Positions 54,374 to 63,492 of a stretch of 64,000 nucleotides of DNA are shown here, piece after piece. The notes under the pieces are model-generated. The model had not been told where the DNA came from. It did no database searches and saw nothing but the letters and a program-made list of their open reading frames with translations. The stretch is taken from NCBI GenBank assembly GCA_036012905.1, contig DASCQF010000009.1, forward strand, positions 12,982-76,981, written 5' to 3'. This stretch comes from Vicinamibacterales bacterium (GTDB lineage Bacteria > Acidobacteriota > Vicinamibacteria > Vicinamibacterales > UBA8438). Both the position numbers and the translations under genes were made by a program. Position 1 is the stretch's first letter; each line of letters opens with the position of its first letter.

Positions 54374-55293
54374 ATGCCACACGGATCATTGAAGCTTCAT
54401 GTCATCGATCTCGTTGACGACGGCGTAGCCGGCGACGTGCGTCTCGATCTGAGGCGGGCCGAAGGCGGGTCGGCAGGCGCCGGCGTGACCGCCACGTTTC
54501 CGCTGGCCGGCGAAGCTCACCTGGAGCTCGAGGACATTCCCTGCCAGTCCGGGTACGGGACCACCTACACCGTCGCCGTCACGACGAAACACTTCCGCCG
54601 GTTTGCGTTCAACCAGCTCATCCGGAGAACCGGGCAAACAGGGCCAACGAATCTCCACTCCGACTGGTGGCTAAACCCAAGGCTGTGCAGGACATCCAGG
54701 CGCCGGCGTTCTCGAAGCTGCCCGCCAGGAGACGGACGGACCTCGGCGAGGCATCGATGCTGGCTCACGCGGAGGAAGATGGGGATCTGGTCGGACTCTC
54801 TGGCCCACAGCTGTACAGCGCCCTTGGACCACTGCGCACGGCGTGCCTGCTCAACATCTATGCGAAAGCCGGCCATGCCTCGGCCGACCGATGCGGGCGT
54901 TTCATCGGCGCGCCGCTGGTGCTACGCCAGGATCGATGCTTCTGCATGATCGACGATGCGATGCCAGAGTTCCTGAACAACTCGGCTCGCTTCATCTCCG
55001 CACCCGGCGCGCTGCACGAGCCGCTCCCGGGGTTTCGCATGGTGGACATCAGCTACAAGAGCAGAGACAGCCATGCGAACCTGCAGGTGACCATCATGCA
55101 GAAGATCGATTCCGGCGAGCTCGCTGCAGATATCGACATCGATGAGGCCACCGGCTTCAGGCACGGCATGGAGGTGATCCGCAACCATGTCGGTCGACAG
55201 CGAACGAACCCCTATCTTGTAAGGGAGCTGCTGCTGCTGCGCGACCCGGTCGGCAAGAGCCTCAACCCGAAGTATCGCTTCGTGTTCACGTAG
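54374..55293 (+). pseudogene. hypothetical protein gene apparently split by a 1-nt frameshift near 54630-54670 (alternatively two overlapping small genes)
   Basis: ORF 54374-54949 is protein-like only up to ...NLHSDWW, then becomes Arg-rich. ORF 54667-55293, in the -1 frame, is protein-like from ...KAVQDIQAPAFSKL to the stop. Third-position G/C bias switches frame at the same place. Confidence 0.45.
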
Positions 55294-55317
55294 CGTGCGA
55301 CCGGCGGCCGTGAGCGG

Positions 55318-57381
55318 TCACGACGGAAGCCGGAGTGCAATGAGCCCGGGGGCGCCCTCGCCCCCGACGGTCAGCGCGATGTACTGCGTGCCGTCCAGCA
55401 TGTAGGTCATCGGCGTGCCGATGGCGCCGCCCGGCAGATCGACCGAGGCGACCGGATCGCCGGTGGACTTGTCGTAGGCCACGAGCCGCGGTCCACCATC
55501 GGTGCCACCAGCCGTCAAAGCATGGATGAGCAAGGTCCTTGTCAGCACCGGACCACTTCGGCTGTCATCTCCTCCCAGCGGCGGCAGGTCGAGGTCACTC
55601 AGCATCGGATGATTGCGGAACCGATCGCCATTGCCGAGCGGCGTCATCCAGAGGTGGTCGCCCGTGCTCATGTCGATGGCCGTCATGCGCGAGTAGGGCG
55701 GCTTCCAGAGCGGCAGCCCCTGCGGCATCCGGGGCCGGCGGTCGGGGTTCCCCGCTTCGATGAATGAGGCGCCGCCCCGGCTGAGGATGTAGTCCAGCGT
55801 CGAGGGCTCACCGGGCTCAGGACGGCGAAACCGCATGACTGAGTGCACGTTGCGCGACGGCACGTAGAGAATGCCGGTCTCCGGGTCCACCGCCGCCCCG
55901 GACCAGTTGGCGCCGCCCCCGGCGCTCGGCCGGAAGATGGTGCCTCGAAGCGAGAGCGGCGTGAAGAGAGGCCCGAGCCGGAACCCGTCGACCGCCTCGA
56001 TCGCCATCTGGCGCACCTCGGGGGTGAAGTCGACTAGATCGTCGATGGTCGCCCCCTGGGTGTCGAACGGCGCCGGCCGGGTCGGGAACGGCTGCGTCGG
56101 CGACAGCACCTCCCCCTCGAGGTCGGTCTCGGTGTTCACCTCGCGCTCTTCGATCGGCCAGATCGGCTCGCCTGTCACCCGGTCGAACGCATAGACGAAT
56201 CCCTGCTTGGTGACTTGCGCGACCGCCTTGATGGCGCGACCGTCGACTGTAATGTCGAGCAGATTCGGCGCGGTCGGGTTGTCGTAGTCCCAGACCCCGT
56301 GGTGCACCATCTGGAAATGCCACACCCGCTGGCCGGTCTCGAGGTCGACCGCCACCAGGCTCTCGGCAAACAGGTTGTTTCCCGGGCGGTGTCCGCCGTA
56401 GTAATCGGAGGTCGGTGTGCTGGTCGGCAGATAGACGTAGCCAAGCTCCGGGTCCACGCTCATGTTCGACCAGCTGTTGGCGTTGCCCGAATAGCGCCAC
56501 GACTCGTCCAGCCAGGTGTCGCTGCCGAACTCGTCGGTGCTCTGCGGAATGTTGTGGAAATCCCAGCGGTGACTTCCGGTTCGGGCATCGTAGGCGCGCG
56601 CGAACCCCGGTGGCATCTCCTTGGTGATCGAGAAGTCGTTGATGGATGACCCGACGATGATCGTGTCGCCGACCACCAGCGGCGCCGACTGCGAGGAGAG
56701 CGGCAGGAGATTGAGATTGTCGCGCTGCCCGCGCGTGGCCCGCGGCAGGTTCTCGGTCAGGTCGACCCGTCCGTCGTTGCCGAACTCGGCAGCCGGCAGC
56801 CCGGTCTGTGCGTCTACCGCTACCAGGAAGCCGTCGCCCGTGCCCCAGACGATGCGGGCCTCGCCCCCGTTGTCCCAGTAGCCCACGCCACGGTGCGCCC
56901 AGGGCGCCGGGGCGGGGGTACCGGCCTCGTAGATTCTCGGGTCATGCACCCACAGCGTCTCTCCGGTCCGGGCGTCGATGGCTGCCGCCTGATAGAGCGG
57001 GGTGCTCAGATACAGCACGCCGTCGACCATCAGCGGTGTCGCCACCAACCGGCCAGGCCCCGGCCGAGTCACCCATCGGGCGGGCTCCTCCGCTTCGAGC
57101 AGATCGAAGAGGGTCTGCGCCGGCACCACCGAGGCGCTGTGCTCCCCCTCGTAGACCAGGTGGGTGTCAGCAGTGCGCCACCGCCAGGCCACTTCGAGGT
57201 CGCCGAAGTTGTCGGCGGTAATCTGCTCGAGCGGCGAGTACTTGCTGCTGAACGTGTCGGCGGCATACGAGCGCCATTCGCCGTCGGTGGCGCCCGGCTG
57301 CGCCTCGACCGGCGCCGCCAGCAGACACGCGCCCAGCACCATGGCAACCATCGTGGGCAACATCAATGGGTGCTGTCTCAT
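55318..57381 (-). CDS. soluble periplasmic PQQ-dependent dehydrogenase, paralog 3
   Basis: The start at MRQHPLMLPTMVAMVLGACLLAAPVEAQ gives a signal peptide; the 82-codon upstream extension in the ORF track is not protein-like. It has the same quinoprotein blocks (EWRSYAADTFSSKYSPLEQITADNFGDLEVAW; MVHHGVWDYD). Confidence 0.85.
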   Translation of the reverse strand: MRQHPLMLPTMVAMVLGACLLAAPVEAQPGATDGEWRSYAADTFSSKYSPLEQITADNFGDLEVAWRWRTADTHLVYEGEHSASVVPAQTLFDLLEAEEPARWVTRPGPGRLVATPLMVDGVLYLSTPLYQAAAIDARTGETLWVHDPRIYEAGTPAPAPWAHRGVGYWDNGGEARIVWGTGDGFLVAVDAQTGLPAAEFGNDGRVDLTENLPRATRGQRDNLNLLPLSSQSAPLVVGDTIIVGSSINDFSITKEMPPGFARAYDARTGSHRWDFHNIPQSTDEFGSDTWLDESWRYSGNANSWSNMSVDPELGYVYLPTSTPTSDYYGGHRPGNNLFAESLVAVDLETGQRVWHFQMVHHGVWDYDNPTAPNLLDITVDGRAIKAVAQVTKQGFVYAFDRVTGEPIWPIEEREVNTETDLEGEVLSPTQPFPTRPAPFDTQGATIDDLVDFTPEVRQMAIEAVDGFRLGPLFTPLSLRGTIFRPSAGGGANWSGAAVDPETGILYVPSRNVHSVMRFRRPEPGEPSTLDYILSRGGASFIEAGNPDRRPRMPQGLPLWKPPYSRMTAIDMSTGDHLWMTPLGNGDRFRNHPMLSDLDLPPLGGDDSRSGPVLTRTLLIHALTAGGTDGGPRLVAYDKSTGDPVASVDLPGGAIGTPMTYMLDGTQYIALTVGGEGAPGLIALRLPS

Positions 57382-57593
57382 CACAACGTCCCCTTCAGCA
57401 CATCGTGCCGAATAGATCCGAACCGACCTGAATTGACCCGATCTGACAGTGCCCCGTATGGTGACCGATTCAGGCCGGGAGACCAAGGCGGGAATGGCAC
57501 CAATCTGGGTAGCACTCAATTCCCCTTGCTTACCGAGTGGAGCCGTGTTACGCTGACTCATATCGGTAACCGAGAGATGAAGCGATTCACACA

Positions 57594-57929
57594 ATGAGCA
57601 AACCATCTGATCTCGTGCAGGGCACACTCGACCTGCTGATACTCAAGATTCTCGCCCTCGAGCCGCTCAACGGCTGGGCGATCGGGCAGCGGCTCAAGCA
57701 GGTCTCGGACGACGTGCTCCAGGTCAGCGACGGGTCGCTGTATCCGGCGCTGCACAAGCTGGAGCACCAAGGCTTGATTGTGTCTGAATGGCGGCGCAGC
57801 GAGAACAACCGTCGCGCCAAGTTCTACGAGTTGACCCGGCCCGGCCGGGGCCATCTCGACCAGGAGACCGCACAGTGGATGCGGCTCTCCGCCGCCATCT
57901 CGCAGGTCGTCAGTCTCGAGGAGCTCTGA
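57594..57929 (+). CDS. PadR-family transcriptional regulator
   Basis: The winged-helix pattern is GTLDLLILKILALEPLNGWAIGQRL...SDGSLYPALHKLEHQGLI...RRAKFYELT. Confidence 0.9.
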   Translation: MSKPSDLVQGTLDLLILKILALEPLNGWAIGQRLKQVSDDVLQVSDGSLYPALHKLEHQGLIVSEWRRSENNRRAKFYELTRPGRGHLDQETAQWMRLSAAISQVVSLEEL

Positions 57930-57950
57930 ACCCCGGGGGAGGACTGAGCC

Positions 57951-60623
57951 ATGGAGATCGAGCGCTGGTACTACCGTATCCGGGCCGCGTTGGGCACGCT
58001 GATCCATCGCCGCCGGGCCGAGGACGAGCTGGCCGCGGAACTCCGCGACCACGTCGAACGTGAAGCAGCGCACCAGAAGAGCTACGGCGTGTCCCCCGCG
58101 GAGGCCGCGCGACGAGCGGGCGCAAGCCTCCAGGCGGTGGAAACCGTCAAAGAACGCTGCCGCGAGGTGCGGCCCATGGGGTGGCTCGAAGACCTCTGGA
58201 AAGACACCCGCGTGGCGGTGCTCGGCTTCAGCCGCAATCCACTGTTCGCGCTCATCTGCATTTCCACGCTCGGGCTCGGCATTGCCGCGAACACCACGAT
58301 CTTCAGCGCCATGGACACACTGTTGGTGCGGCCACTGCCATACCGGGATGCGGACCGCGTGGTCTTCACGCTTGGCTGGAGCGTGCGCACCGACTCGATG
58401 CTGTTCAATGTCCGGCCGGCCGACTGGGTCGAGTGGCGCGATGCGACGCGCTCGTTCGAGGCGGTCTCGGCGTACCGTTACCTGGCCGCCAACCTGACCG
58501 GCGTGGACCGACCCGCGCGACTGCGGGCCTACCGCATCACCCCGAACAGCTTCGCGATACTCGGTGTCGACCCACTACTCGGACGGGACTTTCGCGACAG
58601 CGATGCCGCCCCCGGCGCGGACGACGTGACCATTCTGAGCCATACCGTGTGGCGGAACCGATTTGGCGGGGACCCGACCATCGTCGGCCGCGACCTGATC
58701 CTCAACGACGCCGCTGTGACGGTCGTCGGGGTCATGCCGCCTCGTTTCGCCTTTCCACAGAGCAACTGGGCCGGCGACCTCTGGCTGCCGCTCGGCTTCG
58801 ATGTGGCGTCGCTGGCCTCCAACCGGGAAACGTCGGCCTCGATGGTATCGGTGGCGCGGCTGCGTCCGTCGGTCTCGCTCGAACAGGCGCAGACCGAGAT
58901 GGACACAATCTACCAGCGTCTCGAAGCGGCGAGTCCGGACACCAACGCCGGAATCGGCGTCCGGATCAGGACGATGCAACAGATGCTGTCCGACGTGCTC
59001 TTCGCGCCGCTCGTGCTGTTGATGGCGGTGGTCGCGGTGGTGCTGCTGATCATCTGCGCCAACGTGGCCAGCCTGCTGCTGGCGCGTGCCTCGGCCCGAG
59101 CCAGGGAGATGGCGATCCGCAACGCGCTGGGCGCCGGCCGATTGCGCCTGTTCAGGCAACTGTTGACCGAGGCGCTGATCCTGGCAGGACTGGGCGGTGG
59201 GCTCGGCGTCGTGCTGAGCATCTGGGGACTCGGTGCGTTGCGCCCCGGGATCCCGGGCGAGATCGCCAGTGTCATGCCGGCCGTGCGCGAGATGGGCGTC
59301 GACCTGCGCGTGCTCGCGTTCTCTGGTGGGGTATCGCTGTTGGCGACGGTGCTGTTCGGTCTGGCGCCCGCCCTCATGCTGTCGAAGCCGGCGGCAGGCG
59401 GACGGCTTGCCAACCGGTCCGGCGGAGATGGCGGGCGGCGCCGGCATCGGCTGTTATCGCTACTGGTGGTCGGCGAGGTCGCGCTGTCGGCGCTCTTGCT
59501 GGTCGGAGCCGGTCTCACCACACGGAGTCTGTGGAACGTGTTGCAGGTGGACTCGGGCTTCGAGTCCCGTGGCCTCCTGGTGCTGGACTTGACGCTGCCA
59601 ATAGGCTCATACCCCGACGTGACTCGCCGGGCGACGTTTCTGACCCAGCTTGTCGACCGGGTACAGGTGTTGCCGGGTATCGAGACGGCCGAGGTCGTCA
59701 ACAGCCTCCCGCTGAGCCAGACCAACAGCTCGACCGATGTCATCGTCGACGGGCAGCCGCCGGCGTCTCCGGGGGACACCCCACGGACCGACTACCGGGT
59801 CGTGAGCCGGGACTACTTCGGCACGATGGGGATCTCCCTGCTGCGCGGCCGTGGATTCGAAACCCGCGATCAGGACACGACGACCCCGGTCGTGGTTGTC
59901 AATCAGGCCTTTGCCGAGCGGTTGCTCGCTGGCGACGAGGCGCTGGGCCAGCGCGTGAAACTGGGGGTAGCGGCGGACGACCTCTGGCGCGAAATCGTCG
60001 GTGTGGTCGGCGACGTGAAACACACGGACCTGACGCAACAGACCAACCCGGCAGCCTACCTGCCGCTGCACCAGTTTGCCCGCGCCGGGATGACCCTGGT
60101 GGCGCGTGCATCCGGACCGACGACTGGTCTTGCCGCGGCCATCGGAACCGAGGTGCACGCGCTCGATCCCGATCAGCCGGCCGATGGGGTGTATCCGATG
60201 GAGCGGGCCGTGGACACCGCGATGATCCTGCACCGAGGCTCCGCCACCTTCACCGCGGCCTTCGGTGTGCTAGCGCTGCTCCTGGCCACCATGGGCCTCT
60301 ACGGCGTGATCGCCTACGTCGCAGCCCAGCAGGTGCCAGAGCTGGCCATCCGGATGGCGCTCGGAGCCCAGCCGGGCGACGTGCTCCGGATGGTGCTCCG
60401 GAAAGGAGCCGTGCTTGCGCTGGTCGGAATCGGACTTGGTCTGGCGGCAGCGTTCGCCATGATGCGCCTGCTGGCCAGTCTGCTCTACGGGCTGACGCCA
60501 AGCGACCCCGTCACGTTCTCGGTGGTCGCCGTCGGTCTGGTCACGGTCACCCTGCTGGCCTGCTACCTGCCGGCCAGACGGGCATCCAGGATCGACCCGA
60601 TGACCGCCCTGCGGCTCGAGTGA
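57951..60623 (+). CDS. ADOP-type duplicated FtsX/MacB-like ABC transporter permease
   Basis: It has the N-terminal permease-prefix helix (RRRAEDELAAELRDHVE), two MacB_PCD-like periplasmic domains and two FtsX 4-TM modules. It sits immediately downstream of PadR, as is typical for this family. Confidence 0.85.
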   Translation: MEIERWYYRIRAALGTLIHRRRAEDELAAELRDHVEREAAHQKSYGVSPAEAARRAGASLQAVETVKERCREVRPMGWLEDLWKDTRVAVLGFSRNPLFALICISTLGLGIAANTTIFSAMDTLLVRPLPYRDADRVVFTLGWSVRTDSMLFNVRPADWVEWRDATRSFEAVSAYRYLAANLTGVDRPARLRAYRITPNSFAILGVDPLLGRDFRDSDAAPGADDVTILSHTVWRNRFGGDPTIVGRDLILNDAAVTVVGVMPPRFAFPQSNWAGDLWLPLGFDVASLASNRETSASMVSVARLRPSVSLEQAQTEMDTIYQRLEAASPDTNAGIGVRIRTMQQMLSDVLFAPLVLLMAVVAVVLLIICANVASLLLARASARAREMAIRNALGAGRLRLFRQLLTEALILAGLGGGLGVVLSIWGLGALRPGIPGEIASVMPAVREMGVDLRVLAFSGGVSLLATVLFGLAPALMLSKPAAGGRLANRSGGDGGRRRHRLLSLLVVGEVALSALLLVGAGLTTRSLWNVLQVDSGFESRGLLVLDLTLPIGSYPDVTRRATFLTQLVDRVQVLPGIETAEVVNSLPLSQTNSSTDVIVDGQPPASPGDTPRTDYRVVSRDYFGTMGISLLRGRGFETRDQDTTTPVVVVNQAFAERLLAGDEALGQRVKLGVAADDLWREIVGVVGDVKHTDLTQQTNPAAYLPLHQFARAGMTLVARASGPTTGLAAAIGTEVHALDPDQPADGVYPMERAVDTAMILHRGSATFTAAFGVLALLLATMGLYGVIAYVAAQQVPELAIRMALGAQPGDVLRMVLRKGAVLALVGIGLGLAAAFAMMRLLASLLYGLTPSDPVTFSVVAVGLVTVTLLACYLPARRASRIDPMTALRLE

Positions 60624-60665
60624 AGCTGAACGGGTCCGGCCCCGAGAAACGAAGAGCGTCAGCCT

Positions 60666-61319
60666 CTATTGGCCGACCCGCTCGGCCGGCTCGTCCGGCC
60701 CCACCCACTCGTCGGTGGGGCCGAGCAGCATGAAGTGACCGGGCTCGCTGCGACCACCGTCCTCGAGCTCGGTCGTGCCCACCCCGAGATACACGTAGTC
60801 GTCGAGCTTGCGGATCTCGTCGATGAGGGTGCTCTCGGCGTTGTAGGCGCCGTAATACATCAGCAGCGACGGTTTCCCGTCGATGAGCGAGGTGCCCATC
60901 TCGGTGGAGAACTGCATGTTGCGCACCACCTTGCCGCCGGGGTACCGCCAGCGGTTGTAGCCCTCGCCGGTGGTCGCCGTGCTCGGCATGTAGGCCTTTC
61001 CGAGCCAGAAGCCGATCTCGGAATTCTCGTCGTACATCCGCGCGTCGGTGGCCATGCGCCGCTCCGGGTCGCCGGAATTTGGCACCAGCCCCATGTAGTG
61101 GCCGTTCAGCTCGGCCATGTCGGCCGCCGGCGCCGCCTTCCACAGCTCGATGATCTCGTCACGCGAGAGGGCCAGTACCCTCTCCAGCGTCCACTCGCCC
61201 GCATCGTCAACTGCCAGCGCCGCCGCGGTGCCTGACGGCGCCGCCCACAGGAAGAAACCGCCCAACACCACCACCACCATCACACCGATTGCGACGCCGA
61301 CGAGTTTGCCGAGTGTCAT
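60666..61319 (-). CDS. membrane-anchored GXWXG / DUF4334-like protein
   Basis: It has an N-terminal TM helix, a GFWLG (GXWXG) motif and a beta-rich C-terminal part. The family assignment is tentative. Confidence 0.5.
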   Translation of the reverse strand: MTLGKLVGVAIGVMVVVVLGGFFLWAAPSGTAAALAVDDAGEWTLERVLALSRDEIIELWKAAPAADMAELNGHYMGLVPNSGDPERRMATDARMYDENSEIGFWLGKAYMPSTATTGEGYNRWRYPGGKVVRNMQFSTEMGTSLIDGKPSLLMYYGAYNAESTLIDEIRKLDDYVYLGVGTTELEDGGRSEPGHFMLLGPTDEWVGPDEPAERVGQ

Positions 61320-61432
61320 CGCGCCCTCCTGGCTCTGCCGCCCGCCTCAGGCGGATATAAGCTCCGATCGTGCAAGCACAAGTCTACGCTTTTCGGAACC
61401 GGCATGCCAGAATGCCGGACACGGAGGTCAGG

Positions 61433-63421
61433 ATGAGTCGAAACGCCCCCCACCTGCCGATTGCGGCCCTCAAGGGCCTTGCTACCGCGGCTGTCGCGCT
61501 CGTGCTCTCCACGGCGTCTCCAGCGGACGCGCAGGACAGGCAAGAAATGACCGGCGAGTGGCGGGTGTTCGCGGGCGATCAGGCCAGCACCAAATATTCC
61601 GGCCTCGACCAGATCTCGGCCGACAACGTCGGCGACCTACGACCCGGTTGGATCTGGGACGCCGCCGCGCTGGACGCCGCCACCGGCGAACGCCCACGCG
61701 GGTTCCGCGCGACGCCGCTGAAGATTGGGAACCGCCTCTATGTCAGCACCGCGCTAAACCAGGTGGCGGCACTCGACCCTGGCACCGGCACTCTTGTATG
61801 GTCCTACGACCCGAAAGCGTACGCTTTCGAGACCCCCACGCACGGCGGTCTCGGCAGTCGCGGCGTGTCCTACTGGAGCGACGGTGCCGGCAACGACCGC
61901 ATCGTGTTTGCCACCGGTGGGATGCAGCTCTTCACGCTCGAGCCGGAGACCGGCGCGCTCGACCGCGACTTCGGCGACGACGGCATCGTCGACCTTACCA
62001 AGGGGCTGGGCCGAGAGATCGCCCGCGAGCACTACAACATGAAGTCGCCGCCGACCATCTGCGGCGACACGATCGTGCTCGGGTCGATCGTGAACGACCT
62101 CGGGCTGACCCGACAGATGCCGCCCGGCCACGTGCGCGGCTACGATGTGCGTACCGGCGCCATGAAGTGGATCTTTCACACCATCCCGCAGGAGGGCGAA
62201 CCCGGTGTCGAGACCTGGGAGAACGGCTCGTGGCGCTATACCGGAAATACCAACGTCTGGTCCTGGATGAGCTGCGACGAAGACCTCGGCCACGTCTATC
62301 TGCCGCTCGGGACTCCGAGCGACGACTGGTATGGCGGGCATCGGCTCGGCGACAACTTGTTCGCCGAAAGCCTGGTCGCGCTCGACGCCGACACGGGCGA
62401 ACGCATCTGGCACTTTCAGGCGGTGCACCACGGCGTCTGGGACTACGACTTCCCGACGGCGCCGAATCTGGTCGACATCGTCGTCGACGGCCGCCCGATA
62501 CGAGCCGTAGTCCAGGTGAGCAAGCAGGCGTTCGCCTACGTGCTCGACCGGGTGACCGGCGAGCCGGTCTGGCCAATTGAGGAACGCCCGGTGCCGCCCA
62601 GTACCGTGCCGGGCGAGCGGCTCTCCCCCACCCAGCCGTTCCCAACCAAGCCACCCGCCTTCGACCGCCAGGGTGTCACCATCGACGACCTGATCGACTT
62701 CACCCCGGAGCTGCGGCAAGAGGCACTCGACATCGTCGAAGACTTCGTCATCGGCCCGATCTTCACGCCGCCGATCGTCGCCGGTCACGACGACAAGCAA
62801 GGCGTCATCCAGCTGCCTGGCATCATCGGCGGGTCGAACTGGCCCGGCGGATCGGTCGACCCGGAGACCGGGTATCTCTTCGTGCAATCGGCGACCTATC
62901 CGTGGGTGACCGCGCTGGAAGCACCCAACCCCGACGAATCGGACCTGGCCTATCGCTTCGAGACCTGGAGCCGCCAGCCGCCCGGCCCGCGCGGGCTTCC
63001 GCTCATCAAGCCACCCTACGCGCGGCTGACCGCGATCGACCTGAATCGGGGCGAGTTTGTCTGGCAGGTGCCGCACGGCGACGGACCCCGAGCCAAAGTA
63101 AACGCCCTCATCGGCGACGGCACCGATGTCGGCCCGCTCGGCTGGGAGGCGCAGTCGGCGGTCAACGGCAACGCCCCGCTCGTGACGAAGACGCTGCTCT
63201 TCGTCAACCAGGGCTTCACCCCGGACGACCCTGACAGCACCCAGCTCGGCGTGATGCGCGCCTTCGACAAGACGACCGGAGCGGTGGTGTGGGAGCAGCC
63301 GATCGACACGTCGCCACGCGGCGCGCCGATGACCTATCTGCACGAGGGGAAGCAGTATCTGGTGCTGGGCGTCGGTGGCGGCGACAGCCCGGCTGGGCTG
63401 CGGGCGTACACGCTGCCGTAA
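61433..63421 (+). CDS. soluble periplasmic PQQ-dependent dehydrogenase, paralog 4
   Basis: The start at MSRNAPHLP is preceded by GGAGG and gives a signal peptide ending PADAQ. Quinoprotein blocks are EWRVFAGDQASTKYSGLDQISADNVGDL and HFQAVHHGVWDYDFPTAP. Confidence 0.85.
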   Translation: MSRNAPHLPIAALKGLATAAVALVLSTASPADAQDRQEMTGEWRVFAGDQASTKYSGLDQISADNVGDLRPGWIWDAAALDAATGERPRGFRATPLKIGNRLYVSTALNQVAALDPGTGTLVWSYDPKAYAFETPTHGGLGSRGVSYWSDGAGNDRIVFATGGMQLFTLEPETGALDRDFGDDGIVDLTKGLGREIAREHYNMKSPPTICGDTIVLGSIVNDLGLTRQMPPGHVRGYDVRTGAMKWIFHTIPQEGEPGVETWENGSWRYTGNTNVWSWMSCDEDLGHVYLPLGTPSDDWYGGHRLGDNLFAESLVALDADTGERIWHFQAVHHGVWDYDFPTAPNLVDIVVDGRPIRAVVQVSKQAFAYVLDRVTGEPVWPIEERPVPPSTVPGERLSPTQPFPTKPPAFDRQGVTIDDLIDFTPELRQEALDIVEDFVIGPIFTPPIVAGHDDKQGVIQLPGIIGGSNWPGGSVDPETGYLFVQSATYPWVTALEAPNPDESDLAYRFETWSRQPPGPRGLPLIKPPYARLTAIDLNRGEFVWQVPHGDGPRAKVNALIGDGTDVGPLGWEAQSAVNGNAPLVTKTLLFVNQGFTPDDPDSTQLGVMRAFDKTTGAVVWEQPIDTSPRGAPMTYLHEGKQYLVLGVGGGDSPAGLRAYTLP

Positions 63422-63492
63422 CGGCGTGCAGGTCGCGGCCTGCCCGAGACCCGACCCTGCGAGGGCCCCTCCCGACATCGAGCCGACGCGTC

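Noticed and set aside
58181-60733. An 850-aa ORF lies in an alternative plus-strand frame across the ADOP permease. Similar long shadow ORFs occur at 61754-63496 (-), 33163-34341 (+), 33011-34093 (-), 61117-62580 (+) and 39124-40239 (+).
   Set aside because: Their composition is extremely Arg/Gly/Ala/Pro-rich and they have no domains. Each is nested in a gene with clear family signatures in another frame.
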